The position numbers and the translations under genes are program-made. Below the pieces are notes generated by a model. That model was not told the DNA's origin, did no database searches, and saw only the letters and a list, made by a program, of their open reading frames with translations. Shown here piece after piece: positions 20,168-29,838 of a stretch of DNA of 64,000 nucleotides (positions are counted from its first letter, which is position 1; the number at the start of each line of letters is the position of its first letter). This DNA is from Candidatus Poribacteria bacterium (GTDB lineage Bacteria > Poribacteria > WGA-4E > UBA9662): NCBI GenBank assembly GCA_036339735.1, contig JAYZAL010000064.1, forward strand, positions 64,001-128,000, in the 5' to 3' direction.

Positions 20168-21535
20168 ATGACAAAAAAAACAGTACAGCGGCCTACCATG
20201 AACTATAAAATCCTTTGCGTGGATGATGAGCAAATCATTTTGGACGCTCTAGATCGCTTGTTTCGTCATATTGGTTACCAGCATGTTTTAACTGCTCACA
20301 GTGGTGAGTTAGGGTTGGGGATTTTGGAAAACAACCAAGATACAGATGTAATTATTGCAGATGAAAGAATGGGAAATGGTATGTCAGGAAGTCAATTTTT
20401 GAAAGAGAGTATGATTTTCTGCCCTGAAGCTGTGCGGATTCAATTAACTGCCTATTCTGATTCAGAGATCTTGGTAAAAGCAGTGAATACTGCTAATATC
20501 TTCCGTCATGTTCGTAAGCCATGGAATAACAAGCAGTTGGTTCAGATTGTACAAGAGGGGTTAAAGGGACGGTTATTAAAACGAAGAGAAACTCAGAGAT
20601 TAGATAAAATGACGCAGGCTGCCAAATATTATCGAGCTGAGAGCATTCGTTTGAAAAAAGAAAATCAGGAACTAACATCAAATCTCGACCAGTTGCAAGA
20701 GTCAATCGGGCAAACCGCTAGTAAGACAAATCAAAGTTTTTTAGATACTTTACTGTTTACTATGCAGTATGTAAATCCAGTATTATGGCAACACTCTAGA
20801 CGAGTTGGTAAATGGTGTCGACTGATGGCTGATGCTGTAGTTGAAGACGGGCAAAGTAGTGTCGCTTTCCCGGCTGATATGTTGGAGATGGCAGGTGTTT
20901 TACATGATATTGGCAAACTTAAATTCCCTGAATCTCTTTGGAGGATACCCTTCGCAGATTTGAGCGAAGATCAAAAAAATCAAGTCGGTATGCACGTCGA
21001 AGATGGATTGTGGTTAATCAGACGACTGCCAGATGAAGTTCGAAAAACCTTAAGAAAACCGATTCGACAACATCATGAGCGAAGGGATGGCAAAGGATAT
21101 TACGGTATTTTTTTAGACCAAATTGACTCTTGGGCACAAATTATTGGAATTGTCAGTGACTATGACAATTTTCGATTTTCGGAATTGCATGGTGGCCCGT
21201 TAGGTCCGTTAGAAGTTATTGAAAAGATGAAAGAAGATATTTACTCACCTAGCGAGCAAATTGGTAAATACAACGAACGATTTTTTGCTCTTTTTGAGTA
21301 TTTGTCAATCAACGTGTCCGATGAGGAATTAGAACGCAATGAATCTGTTGAACTACCTTCGATACAAGATGTAACCCCAGGACATATACTGGCGGAAGAT
21401 CTATATACGGTCAAAGACATCTTCTTCCTTGTTAGAGGTCATATGATTGAAAGCAGTGATATTGAAAAAATGAGGATTTACGAAGACGAAGACAATGGTG
21501 TGAGAAATATCTGGGTCCAATCTTCGAAAGAATAA
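20168..21535 (+). CDS. Response regulator receiver + HD-GYP c-di-GMP phosphodiesterase-like protein
   Basis: ILCVDDE..IIADERM..LTAY..KPW receiver; HSRRV, LHDIGK, HHERRDGKGYY. Confidence 0.88.
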   Translation: MTKKTVQRPTMNYKILCVDDEQIILDALDRLFRHIGYQHVLTAHSGELGLGILENNQDTDVIIADERMGNGMSGSQFLKESMIFCPEAVRIQLTAYSDSEILVKAVNTANIFRHVRKPWNNKQLVQIVQEGLKGRLLKRRETQRLDKMTQAAKYYRAESIRLKKENQELTSNLDQLQESIGQTASKTNQSFLDTLLFTMQYVNPVLWQHSRRVGKWCRLMADAVVEDGQSSVAFPADMLEMAGVLHDIGKLKFPESLWRIPFADLSEDQKNQVGMHVEDGLWLIRRLPDEVRKTLRKPIRQHHERRDGKGYYGIFLDQIDSWAQIIGIVSDYDNFRFSELHGGPLGPLEVIEKMKEDIYSPSEQIGKYNERFFALFEYLSINVSDEELERNESVELPSIQDVTPGHILAEDLYTVKDIFFLVRGHMIESSDIEKMRIYEDEDNGVRNIWVQSSKE

Positions 21536-21793
21536 AATCGAAGGAACAAATCAGATCGGATGTGAAATATTAATTTCTTCCGGTTTGGGAAAATTAAGAC
21601 GACTTGTTTCTGAACATGGATTTGCAAGTCTCCAAGCCATGTCTGTGTCAGGTTAAGATCAATCTTGACTCTAAAATGACTTGCCGACCTCATGAGGGTA
21701 CTAAAGGCCGAAATGCCTAGACGTAAAAATTTTCATTAATTTTCGAAATATTAAACTAAGTTCACAATTTGAAACGTAAAACGTATTTATTCA

Positions 21794-22282
21794 ATGATAA
21801 TTCAACTACCAGGTAAAATTTGCACTTCTGAGCAATTATCTCAAATAATAAAAAAGAAAAAGGCTCTAGATGAGGTGATAGTAAGTACAAATGGCTGTTT
21901 TGACTTGCTTCATGTGGGTCATTTGCGCTACCTGAAAGCAGCAAAAAAGATGGGAGACATACTAGTAGTCGGAGTTAACAGCGACGAATCAGTCAGATAC
22001 TTAAAAGGTGCTAATCGACCACTGGTGCCAGAAATGGAACGAGCAGAGATGCTTTCAGGTTTAGATTGTGTCGATTATGTGGTCATTTTCTCAGAGCCCG
22101 ATCCAAGGAACCTCCTATCGATCCTCAAACCTACCATTCACGTTAAAGGTGGCGATTATTCTATTGAACAAGTAATCGAGCGAGATGTTGTTGAAGAAAA
22201 TGGTGGCCGGGTTATAGTCGGTATTAATGTGGCTGGCAAATCCACGACTAATGTAATCCAAATGATCCGAGATCTATACTAA
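21794..22282 (+). CDS. rfaE2: D-glycero-beta-D-manno-heptose 1-phosphate adenylyltransferase
   Basis: TNGCFDLLHVGH, GVNSDESV..LKG..RP, VKGGDY, STT. Confidence 0.93.
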   Translation: MIIQLPGKICTSEQLSQIIKKKKALDEVIVSTNGCFDLLHVGHLRYLKAAKKMGDILVVGVNSDESVRYLKGANRPLVPEMERAEMLSGLDCVDYVVIFSEPDPRNLLSILKPTIHVKGGDYSIEQVIERDVVEENGGRVIVGINVAGKSTTNVIQMIRDLY

Positions 22283-23283
22283 CCTCGTTCCCTTATGTAT
22301 TCCGGTTGTGCGATCTGAAATTCTTGTGGGACTCGACCAGAAACAACCGCTTCGACATCACGCACAAGTAGAGACCCGATATTCAGAAGACCTTCTCCGA
22401 TAGCACCTGCCCTATGTGAAGATAACACCACATTTGGTAGTTGCCTGATTGGATGACTCAAGGGTAATGGTTCTTGAGGATACACATCGATTCCTGCTTT
22501 AAAACGGCCTTGGGATAACAAATCAGTCAAGGCTTCAAAATCAACTACATGTGCTCGGCTCATTAGCAAAAAGACTGAATCATCACCAATCAATTCTAGT
22601 TTTTGACGATCTAACAGAGCCCGGTTAGATTGTGTTGGTACAGCTAGTACATAGATGAAGCGAGACGTTTCCAACAAATTCTCTAAACCAACGGGTTGAA
22701 CCCCTTCTTGTTTTAAGTAACTATCTGTTAACCAAGGATCATAGACCTGAATTGAAGTACGAAAAGGCTTCAATAGATTTCTGAGTGATCGTGCTAATCC
22801 ACCAAAGCCAATAAAACCAGTTGGTTTGTCATACAAGGAAAAGGTTCCTCCAAATTCTTTATGACTCCAATTTGCTTGTCCTTTCCGAAAAGCCGCGTCA
22901 TTCCAAACAATTTGACGTGCTGTTGCAATTGATAACCCAAGAGCCATCTCAGCAACTACTGGGCCAAAAGCTGGTGCGCAACTCATTACTCGAATACCTC
23001 GAGCGAAACAGTCTTTGTAAGACAATTGCCTCGGAGATGGAAACCCTCCACTGACTTCAAAGATAGATTGTAATTTGGGGAACCGGGACACATCACCGTA
23101 ACGCCACTGCCCAGTAATAACTATAGTGATATCTTCCTTCAGATCAAATAGTTCATCATCAGTTATAGGTTGATCTTTCCCCCATACTACATCGCTTAAA
23201 TTATATAGCTGTTTCAAATCTTTAGGATAAAAAATATTACTTCGTCGTCGAAAATGAGTATCCAACAATATCTTGTGGAACAT
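22279..23283 (-). CDS. D-2-hydroxyacid dehydrogenase family protein
   Basis: VAEMAL, GFGGLA, YDPW, SRAHVVD, DVYPQEP, SSHRAG. Confidence 0.9.
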   Translation of the reverse strand: MFHKILLDTHFRRRSNIFYPKDLKQLYNLSDVVWGKDQPITDDELFDLKEDITIVITGQWRYGDVSRFPKLQSIFEVSGGFPSPRQLSYKDCFARGIRVMSCAPAFGPVVAEMALGLSIATARQIVWNDAAFRKGQANWSHKEFGGTFSLYDKPTGFIGFGGLARSLRNLLKPFRTSIQVYDPWLTDSYLKQEGVQPVGLENLLETSRFIYVLAVPTQSNRALLDRQKLELIGDDSVFLLMSRAHVVDFEALTDLLSQGRFKAGIDVYPQEPLPLSHPIRQLPNVVLSSHRAGAIGEGLLNIGSLLVRDVEAVVSGRVPQEFQIAQPEYIRERG

Positions 23284-23700
23284 GATTTTAGTTTTCTATT
23301 TGACTTGGTAGTAGAAAGCTGTAGTTTGCACCCATACTTATGACAGATAACTACGTTGCGAGTTGTGTGTACAAATGAAAGTTAATTGGTCTATCTTTTG
23401 TCTTTCATTTGCCATTTTATACAGAAGATGTCGTCGTTGATCAGTAATTTGGTCAAATTCTAAGATGGTTTGACCAATGTAGCGTTTTAATGACCTTATC
23501 ACAGTATTTATTTGCACATTTGTTGAGACAAATTTGAGGACTCAAAAAATTCTATCATAAACCAACTATTGTTTACTTGTTTTTTTCCGGTGGAAGTCAA
23601 GATCGAGTGCATAGCATGAATCGTGTGCCGTATGCTAGAATTGGCGAGTGTTATTCATTAATTTTGATAAAAAAGTTCGATATGCTATGAGGCTGACAAT

Positions 23701-24516
23701 ATGAAATTGGCAATTTGCAACGAAATGTTCGAGGATTGGAAAATTGAAGACGTCTTTGATTGCGCTGCACAACTAGGCTATCGAGGGGTTGAGATTGCCC
23801 CATTTACTTTGGCTGACGATGTGAGAGATATCAGTTCTAATCAGCGAGACCAAATTAAAAAAGCTGCCGCCAACAGCCAAATAGAGATCGTTGGCTTACA
23901 TTGGTTATTAGTATCTCCAAAGGGATTGTATGTTAATCACCCTGACGATGAGATTCGAGAAAAAACGCTAGACTATTTCCTGGCTTTGATAGACTTGTGT
24001 GCAGACTTGGAAGGTCGAGTCATGATTATTGGCTCGCCGCAACAGAGGTCTATTCAAGAAGGATGGGATTCTGACCAGTCATGGAGTTATGCTCGAGAAA
24101 CCTTCACACACAGTGCTAATTATGCTCAAGATAAAGGTGTTTTACTGTGTATGGAACCTCTATCCGACAACCAGACTAATTTTATCAATACACCATCTCA
24201 GGCTGTGGAAATGATTCATCAGGTCAATAGTCCAAATTTTCGTTTGATTTTGGACGTTTGTAGTACAGCGAACCAGGGATTGGATATGCCAACCGAAATC
24301 CGTCAATTTTCTAGTGATCTAGCTCATTTTCATACCAATGATAATAATTTATATTTACCAGGTTCTGGTGATGTTGACTATCCGCCTATCATTTCAGCAT
24401 TAGCTGAGACTAACTACGATGGTTATTTATCGACTGAAGTTTTTAACTTTGAGCCAGATCCTGTAACAATAGCCACTCAAAGTATCAGGTTCTTAAAAAA
24501 AATAATAGCTAGTTGA
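23701..24516 (+). CDS. Sugar phosphate isomerase/epimerase (AP_endonuc_2 TIM barrel)
   Basis: GYRGVEIAP, EPL, LD, HFHTND, PGSG, STEVF. Confidence 0.88.
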   Translation: MKLAICNEMFEDWKIEDVFDCAAQLGYRGVEIAPFTLADDVRDISSNQRDQIKKAAANSQIEIVGLHWLLVSPKGLYVNHPDDEIREKTLDYFLALIDLCADLEGRVMIIGSPQQRSIQEGWDSDQSWSYARETFTHSANYAQDKGVLLCMEPLSDNQTNFINTPSQAVEMIHQVNSPNFRLILDVCSTANQGLDMPTEIRQFSSDLAHFHTNDNNLYLPGSGDVDYPPIISALAETNYDGYLSTEVFNFEPDPVTIATQSIRFLKKIIAS

Positions 24517-24529
24517 GGAGTAAAAATAA

Positions 24530-25924
24530 ATGGAGCTTTTTGAAGCCGTTAGCCCGCTCGATTTTCGGTATTATGGAGCAACTGAAACGGTAATGGATCG
24601 TTTACAACCCTATGTTTCAGAGTCAGCTTATGTGAGGTATCAGGCCAAAGTCGAAGCGGCTTTGGTAAGAACTCTAGCCAATCATGGGGTTTGCAGCTCT
24701 GAAGTTGCTGACCAAGTAGAGTCAGCAGTCGACCAAGTGACAGCAGAAGAAGTATACCAAGAACAAGCAAAAATTAGGCATAATATTCGTTCACTAGTTA
24801 ATGTCATTCGCCGTAAAATTACCCCTTCTGCAAGGCCTTATGTTCACTTATTTGCGACTTCGGCTGACATCTTAGATACTGCCACCTCTCTTCGTTTTAA
24901 AGAGCTAACCGAAAAAGTTATCCTTCCTAATTTAGTTGATTTTGTTCAGCAATTGATTGAATTAGCACGAATTCATGCAGAAACCGTTCAGATTGGTCGT
25001 ACACATGGACAACATGCAGAACCAATTACTTTTGGCTACGCCTTAGCTCTATACGTCAGTCGACTAGGTAATCGAATCGAATTAATTGATCAAGCTGCCA
25101 AAAATCTTCGAGGCCAGTTTTCAGGTGCTGTTGGCGCGTTTAATGGTTTATCTATGGTATTCGACAAACCAGAAAAATTGGAGACTGATTTACTCTCCTT
25201 GCTGGGTTTGAAGGCATCTGATACTCACACTTCAACGCAGTGTGTTGAACCTGAGTTTATTAGCGACTTAGCTTATGCTGTTTCATCTGCGTATACGATT
25301 CTTGCTAATTTTTCTGATGATATGCGGCACCTTTACCGTACCGAAATCGGAGAAGTTGGACGAAAATATGATCCCAATTTAGTCGGTTCATCAACCATGC
25401 CTCATAAGGTAAACCCAGAGGCCTTTGAGAATGTTAAGAGCTTATGGAAAGCGTTTATTCCTCGAATGCAAACCGTTTTCATGGATAGCATCTTAGAACA
25501 TCAAAGAGATTTAACAAACTCAGCTTCTAGCCGTTTTCTAACGGAGTTATTTACTGCTTTTGACTATTCAATCTATCGTTTGAGTAGAGCATTGACTGAA
25601 CTAGATGTTAAGTCAGATCGGATGTTACAGAATTTGCAACTCAGTGCTGGTAATACAATAGCAGAGCCGATCTATCTTTTATTGGCTTATTATGGTTTTC
25701 CTGATGCATATGACCACACACGGAAATTAGTATCTCAAGTCCATGACCGAGGTGCTACATTAACCGATCTACTTTGGTCTGACAGTAATTTACGCCCATT
25801 CCTTAACCAATTAACTGAAACACAACGCCAAACGCTACAAGATTCAACCCGTTACATTGGTGCTTCGGTTCAGCTAACACATAAAACTTGTGATGAATGG
25901 GAAAAGAAAATTAGTAAAGTCTAG
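24530..25924 (+). CDS. purB: Adenylosuccinate lyase
   Basis: SPLDFRY, HLFATSADI, GRTHGQHAEPITFG, GSSTMPHKVNP, HQRDLTNS. Confidence 0.9.
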   Translation: MELFEAVSPLDFRYYGATETVMDRLQPYVSESAYVRYQAKVEAALVRTLANHGVCSSEVADQVESAVDQVTAEEVYQEQAKIRHNIRSLVNVIRRKITPSARPYVHLFATSADILDTATSLRFKELTEKVILPNLVDFVQQLIELARIHAETVQIGRTHGQHAEPITFGYALALYVSRLGNRIELIDQAAKNLRGQFSGAVGAFNGLSMVFDKPEKLETDLLSLLGLKASDTHTSTQCVEPEFISDLAYAVSSAYTILANFSDDMRHLYRTEIGEVGRKYDPNLVGSSTMPHKVNPEAFENVKSLWKAFIPRMQTVFMDSILEHQRDLTNSASSRFLTELFTAFDYSIYRLSRALTELDVKSDRMLQNLQLSAGNTIAEPIYLLLAYYGFPDAYDHTRKLVSQVHDRGATLTDLLWSDSNLRPFLNQLTETQRQTLQDSTRYIGASVQLTHKTCDEWEKKISKV

Positions 25925-26050
25925 CTATCGACGATACAATTCTACTCTGACACAAAAACGGTAATCTATTCAGTTTAGGCAAAATCTGTTCTAGACAACA
26001 GGACAATCCAAATTGATCAATATAAAAGCCCACTTTAATTGAGGGAAGAA

Positions 26051-27292
26051 ATGACATTTAAGATAGAGGACCCAAATAGAACTAAAGTAGACACTATAGT
26101 CATTGGTGGTGGTCCAGCAGGGTGTACTGCTGCTACATTGCTGGCTCAAGTAGGCCAAAAAGTAGTTCTTTTAGAAAGGTCTACCAAACCAACCTTCAAA
26201 ATAGGTGAATCTCTGATTCCAGGTACTTACTGGACGTTAGAAAGACTTGGCATGATTGAGAAGCTTAAACAGAGCCACTTTCAGAAAAAACATAGTGTCC
26301 AATTTTACTCATCGTCTGGCCGCGGGTCGGCCCCTTTCTACTTTTACGATAATGATCCCCACGAAAGTTCAGTAACTTGGCAAGTTCTAAGAAGTGAATT
26401 TGATCAAATGTTATTAGAGCACGCAACTGAAAGTGGTGTCATTGTTAAAAGGGGTGTCTCTGCACAAAAGGTCTTGTTTGAAGGAAATAGTGCAAGCGGT
26501 GTACAAGCTAAGTTTCCCGGTGGAACTATACGTCAAATTCAATCTGACGTCGTGGTTGATGCCACCGGCCAAAGTACATTGATATCGCGTAAGGGTGCTC
26601 TCAAGAAGAGCGACTCTCGATTAAAAAATGCTGCAATTTTCACCCATTTTCGGGGGGCAACTCGCGATCAAGGTCAAGACGAGGGGGCAACACTGGTAAT
26701 GCACACCAATGACAAATCTGCTTGGTTTTGGTATATCCCGTTAGCCGATGATTTAGTTAGTGTTGGTGTTGTTGGGCCCATTGATACTTTGTTGAAAGAC
26801 AAGAGGAAAGGGCTGCAATATATCTTTGATAATCAAGTCGAAAAGTGTTTGCCACTGAAAGAGCGTATACAATCAGCAGAGCAAGTTTTTTCAGCCAAAG
26901 CGACAAAGGATTTTTCTTATCGATCGTCCCAGGCCGCTGGAGATGGATGGGTTTTAGTGGGAGATGCACTCGGGTTCCTAGACCCTGTATATTCTTCCGG
27001 CGTCTTACTAGCATTTCAATCGGGTGAGATGGCCGCAGACTGCATTATCGACGCATGGAAAAATAATGATTTTTCAGAAAAGCGCTTGTCAGCTTTTCAA
27101 GATAAATTCTGGCAAGGTATGGATGCTTTCAAAAAATTAGTTTATGCCTTCTACAGTAAAGATTTCAGTTTTGCCCGCTTTTTGAAAAAGTATCCACAGT
27201 GTAAACAAGGTGTGACGGACATACTGAGTGGAAATATATTTAAACCTTCAGTTCAGCAAATTTTCGAACCACTGGACCAAATGTTATCCTGA
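26051..27292 (+). CDS. Flavin-dependent halogenase-family oxidoreductase (start 26039 or 26051)
   Basis: GGGPAG, IGESL, RSEFD, DATG, WFWYIP, GDALGFLDPVYSSGV. Confidence 0.85.
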   Translation: MTFKIEDPNRTKVDTIVIGGGPAGCTAATLLAQVGQKVVLLERSTKPTFKIGESLIPGTYWTLERLGMIEKLKQSHFQKKHSVQFYSSSGRGSAPFYFYDNDPHESSVTWQVLRSEFDQMLLEHATESGVIVKRGVSAQKVLFEGNSASGVQAKFPGGTIRQIQSDVVVDATGQSTLISRKGALKKSDSRLKNAAIFTHFRGATRDQGQDEGATLVMHTNDKSAWFWYIPLADDLVSVGVVGPIDTLLKDKRKGLQYIFDNQVEKCLPLKERIQSAEQVFSAKATKDFSYRSSQAAGDGWVLVGDALGFLDPVYSSGVLLAFQSGEMAADCIIDAWKNNDFSEKRLSAFQDKFWQGMDAFKKLVYAFYSKDFSFARFLKKYPQCKQGVTDILSGNIFKPSVQQIFEPLDQMLS

Positions 27293-27572
27293 ACTGTAGA
27301 AAAATTGGCATACTTCAACAGAAAAGTCCTCGATAACCAGTAATTGTTTAACCGTTGGCAGCTCATTTTTGGTCGGTTATCCATTTCCCTACTCATCTGG
27401 CAAACGAATAGCCACCAGTTTAGCCAACTTATGTTGTTGCGCCATTAACTAACGGTCTCGCCTGTGTTTGGATTAAAGGTTTTCCCCAAATCTTTGTGTT
27501 GTATTGAAAACTAAGGAGAATTTGCCAATACACTCTCTTGTTAGTAAAAAAATCTCGAAGACTCTGGATTTC

Positions 27573-28166
27573 CTACTTAAGAAATTTTATCTGGGTGTTC
27601 GTGATTGCAATTGACATTTCTTCCGTGTAGGTATGCAAAGTCCGGAAATCCAATACGGCTTCGTCCGCTCGAAAAATATCGATGATCGTACTCGGTGGCA
27701 AATGTTGCTCGGAGGTAGTGCCATTGAGTTTAGTCTTAGGAAATATTTGCTGAAGGCGAAACTCAAACTTACAATCAACCAATTGATGAAATTCTTTTTC
27801 GAAAGGGGTTAAGCAATCAAATTGCCTCAATTCCAAGGATATTTGGTATGGGGGGTAACAGAACTGATCATTCTGTAATCCTGCCATATGATAGATTCGG
27901 CTGTCAGAAGGTAATATTCCTTGGTCCGCCGAAACAATTTCTGTTAGTTTATTATTCTCAGTTTCAATTATTACCACATGACTACTGCCAATGATCCAGA
28001 ATTCAGCCTCATATTTGCAGCGCTTTAGTCGACTTTGTCGAAAAATTTGGAAATAACTAGGAGAAATCCGACCTTCATACAGATGAAACTCAAGGTTGGA
28101 AACCTGTTGCTCGACATAATCAATTGTCTCTGGTGCAGATAGAAGATGATTCGTTAGCTTGGACAC
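27573..28166 (-). CDS. DUF2617-like protein
   Basis: IIGSSHVV, EIVS and TLHTYTEE..IAITNT pattern; directly follows a DUF350 gene. Confidence 0.65.
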   Translation of the reverse strand: MSKLTNHLLSAPETIDYVEQQVSNLEFHLYEGRISPSYFQIFRQSRLKRCKYEAEFWIIGSSHVVIIETENNKLTEIVSADQGILPSDSRIYHMAGLQNDQFCYPPYQISLELRQFDCLTPFEKEFHQLVDCKFEFRLQQIFPKTKLNGTTSEQHLPPSTIIDIFRADEAVLDFRTLHTYTEEMSIAITNTQIKFLK

Positions 28167-28183
28167 AAGAATCTAAAAAGTAC

Positions 28184-28492
28184 TTACAAAATAGCTGCAG
28201 CCACAATCAGCCCCAATGCTATCATAATTCCGGCGACGATTAGACCCGCTGCGGTATTCTTCTTCTCTTCAATTTCTCGGTTGAGGCTAAAGGGCGTAAT
28301 CCAATCAAAAATTTTGAATCCAACCATCAAAACTATAATGCCTAAGAAACTATAGATTAATGCAGCAGCCAAACCGAGAGGCAAATCACTCCAAAAGCTA
28401 GAATTAGCGGGATTAACGATACCCTGCTGTGCTGCTATTGCGCCTGACAACGTAGAAATCACCAACATTAGTCCAGTCAATTTTCGATTCAT
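28184..28492 (-). CDS. DUF350 membrane protein
   Basis: IYSFLGI..GFKIFDWITP..L.REIEEKKNTAAGLIVAG..IALGLIVAAAI. Confidence 0.88.
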   Translation of the reverse strand: MNRKLTGLMLVISTLSGAIAAQQGIVNPANSSFWSDLPLGLAAALIYSFLGIIVLMVGFKIFDWITPFSLNREIEEKKNTAAGLIVAGIMIALGLIVAAAIL

Positions 28493-28543
28493 AACTTAAT
28501 TTGACTCCTTTGGTCTAGTTTTGCATCATTTTTTAGTGAGAGG

Positions 28544-29656
28544 TTACTTGCCAAAACCACGACTGCCTCCCCGGAATGAACTCCCCCGTGATGATGATCG
28601 GCCTGGGAAACCACCACTGCGAGAATTGGCTACTTTCCTGGGTCTAGTGGTGACTACTCTGTTAGTAGTAGATGTATTTCCTCTAACTGAGGTTTGACGC
28701 CCAAATCCACCACTTCGAACACTGCCAGCCTTCTGCCGGGCAGCCATAGTACGTTTAGACTTCATCTGCTGAATCGCTTTGGGTGCCTGAGTCCTAGTTT
28801 TAGCTCTACTACTTCGAACATTATTTGTGGGTGCTGATTGAGCTGGATTAGCGTTTTTGTATCGAGTAATAGTTCTGGTCCGAGTAACAGTTCTAGTCGC
28901 AACTGGTGCGTGCCAACCACCGTAGTACCTAGGGTACCACCCTCCATACCAACCACCGCCATACCACGAGTATGGTGAAAACAAAATGTCTCTAATGACC
29001 ATATAACGTAGGTAACTACCCATCCAACTGTGGCTATCTGAGTGATAATCACGCCGATAGTGATTGGGTTTTCCCTCATAAGCATGAGGATTTGCTTCAG
29101 CACCAATGACCATCTGTTGTGATGTTTGATCAAAAGTAATTGACAAAGCCACCAACTCGATGCCGTTTTTAGCGACTTGATCCCAATCGACGTCATATGC
29201 AGCGGGGTCTTTGGGGTATTCAGTTGGGTCTGGAACACGAATCGAATATATCGCAGCTTCACCTTGAACTGATTCAGGTACAACCAATAAAGGATCCAGA
29301 TTTGCATCTTCGTTGAGATCAACTTGGTAATTAATGTCTGGGTTACTAATAATTTTATGGCTTAGTTTCCTCACTACGTTTTGCTGAAACTTTTGTGAGT
29401 CAGGTTTTTCCGTCGGAGCTAATTCTTCCAAAACCTCACGCATTACATCAGGCAAAATAGCTGGATTGAGCTTATCAGTTAGATCTATCTTCACATTTAC
29501 GTTGGTTTGTGCAACCCCAACTGAATAAGTTTGGTTCTTGGCTGGTACTCTGTCATTGGATGAAACCTGATTTTCGCTACTACTACAACCAAGATAGAGG
29601 ACAAAAGACATCAATAAAATTAAGCTGCTTCCTATTAGGATAGTAGACCCTTTCAT
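28544..29656 (-). CDS. Lipoprotein with EF-hand-like loop, W/Y/G-rich segment and R/S/G-rich tail (start 29656 or 29695)
   Basis: Lipobox LYLGC; DLNEDANLD; WYGGGWYGGWY; ends SRGSSFRGGSRGFGK. Confidence 0.8.
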   Translation of the reverse strand: MKGSTILIGSSLILLMSFVLYLGCSSSENQVSSNDRVPAKNQTYSVGVAQTNVNVKIDLTDKLNPAILPDVMREVLEELAPTEKPDSQKFQQNVVRKLSHKIISNPDINYQVDLNEDANLDPLLVVPESVQGEAAIYSIRVPDPTEYPKDPAAYDVDWDQVAKNGIELVALSITFDQTSQQMVIGAEANPHAYEGKPNHYRRDYHSDSHSWMGSYLRYMVIRDILFSPYSWYGGGWYGGWYPRYYGGWHAPVATRTVTRTRTITRYKNANPAQSAPTNNVRSSRAKTRTQAPKAIQQMKSKRTMAARQKAGSVRSGGFGRQTSVRGNTSTTNRVVTTRPRKVANSRSGGFPGRSSSRGSSFRGGSRGFGK

Positions 29657-29773
29657 TATATGTTTTCCTAATCTTTTTTTTGATAATCTTAGCAAAGTGA
29701 TTCCCTAACCTCGTACATTATAGAATGCCGCTACTTCTAATAACAAGTGTTAGCTTGATTTAGTGTGTGGTAT

Positions 29774-29802
29774 TTGAACCGAAAGATAATAATTTATATA
29801 AT
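29774..29802 (+). promoter_or_regulatory. Sigma70-type promoter of the GH32 gene
   Basis: TTGAAC-N17-TATAAT. Confidence 0.6.
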
Positions 29803-29838
29803 GTGGGTATAGTTTACCATGAACTTAGGATATAACAG

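Noticed and set aside
21681..21730. Hammerhead-like CTCATGA...GAAA...GTA
   Set aside because: The core is CUCAUGA rather than CUGAUGA, stem II is weak and stem I cannot form.
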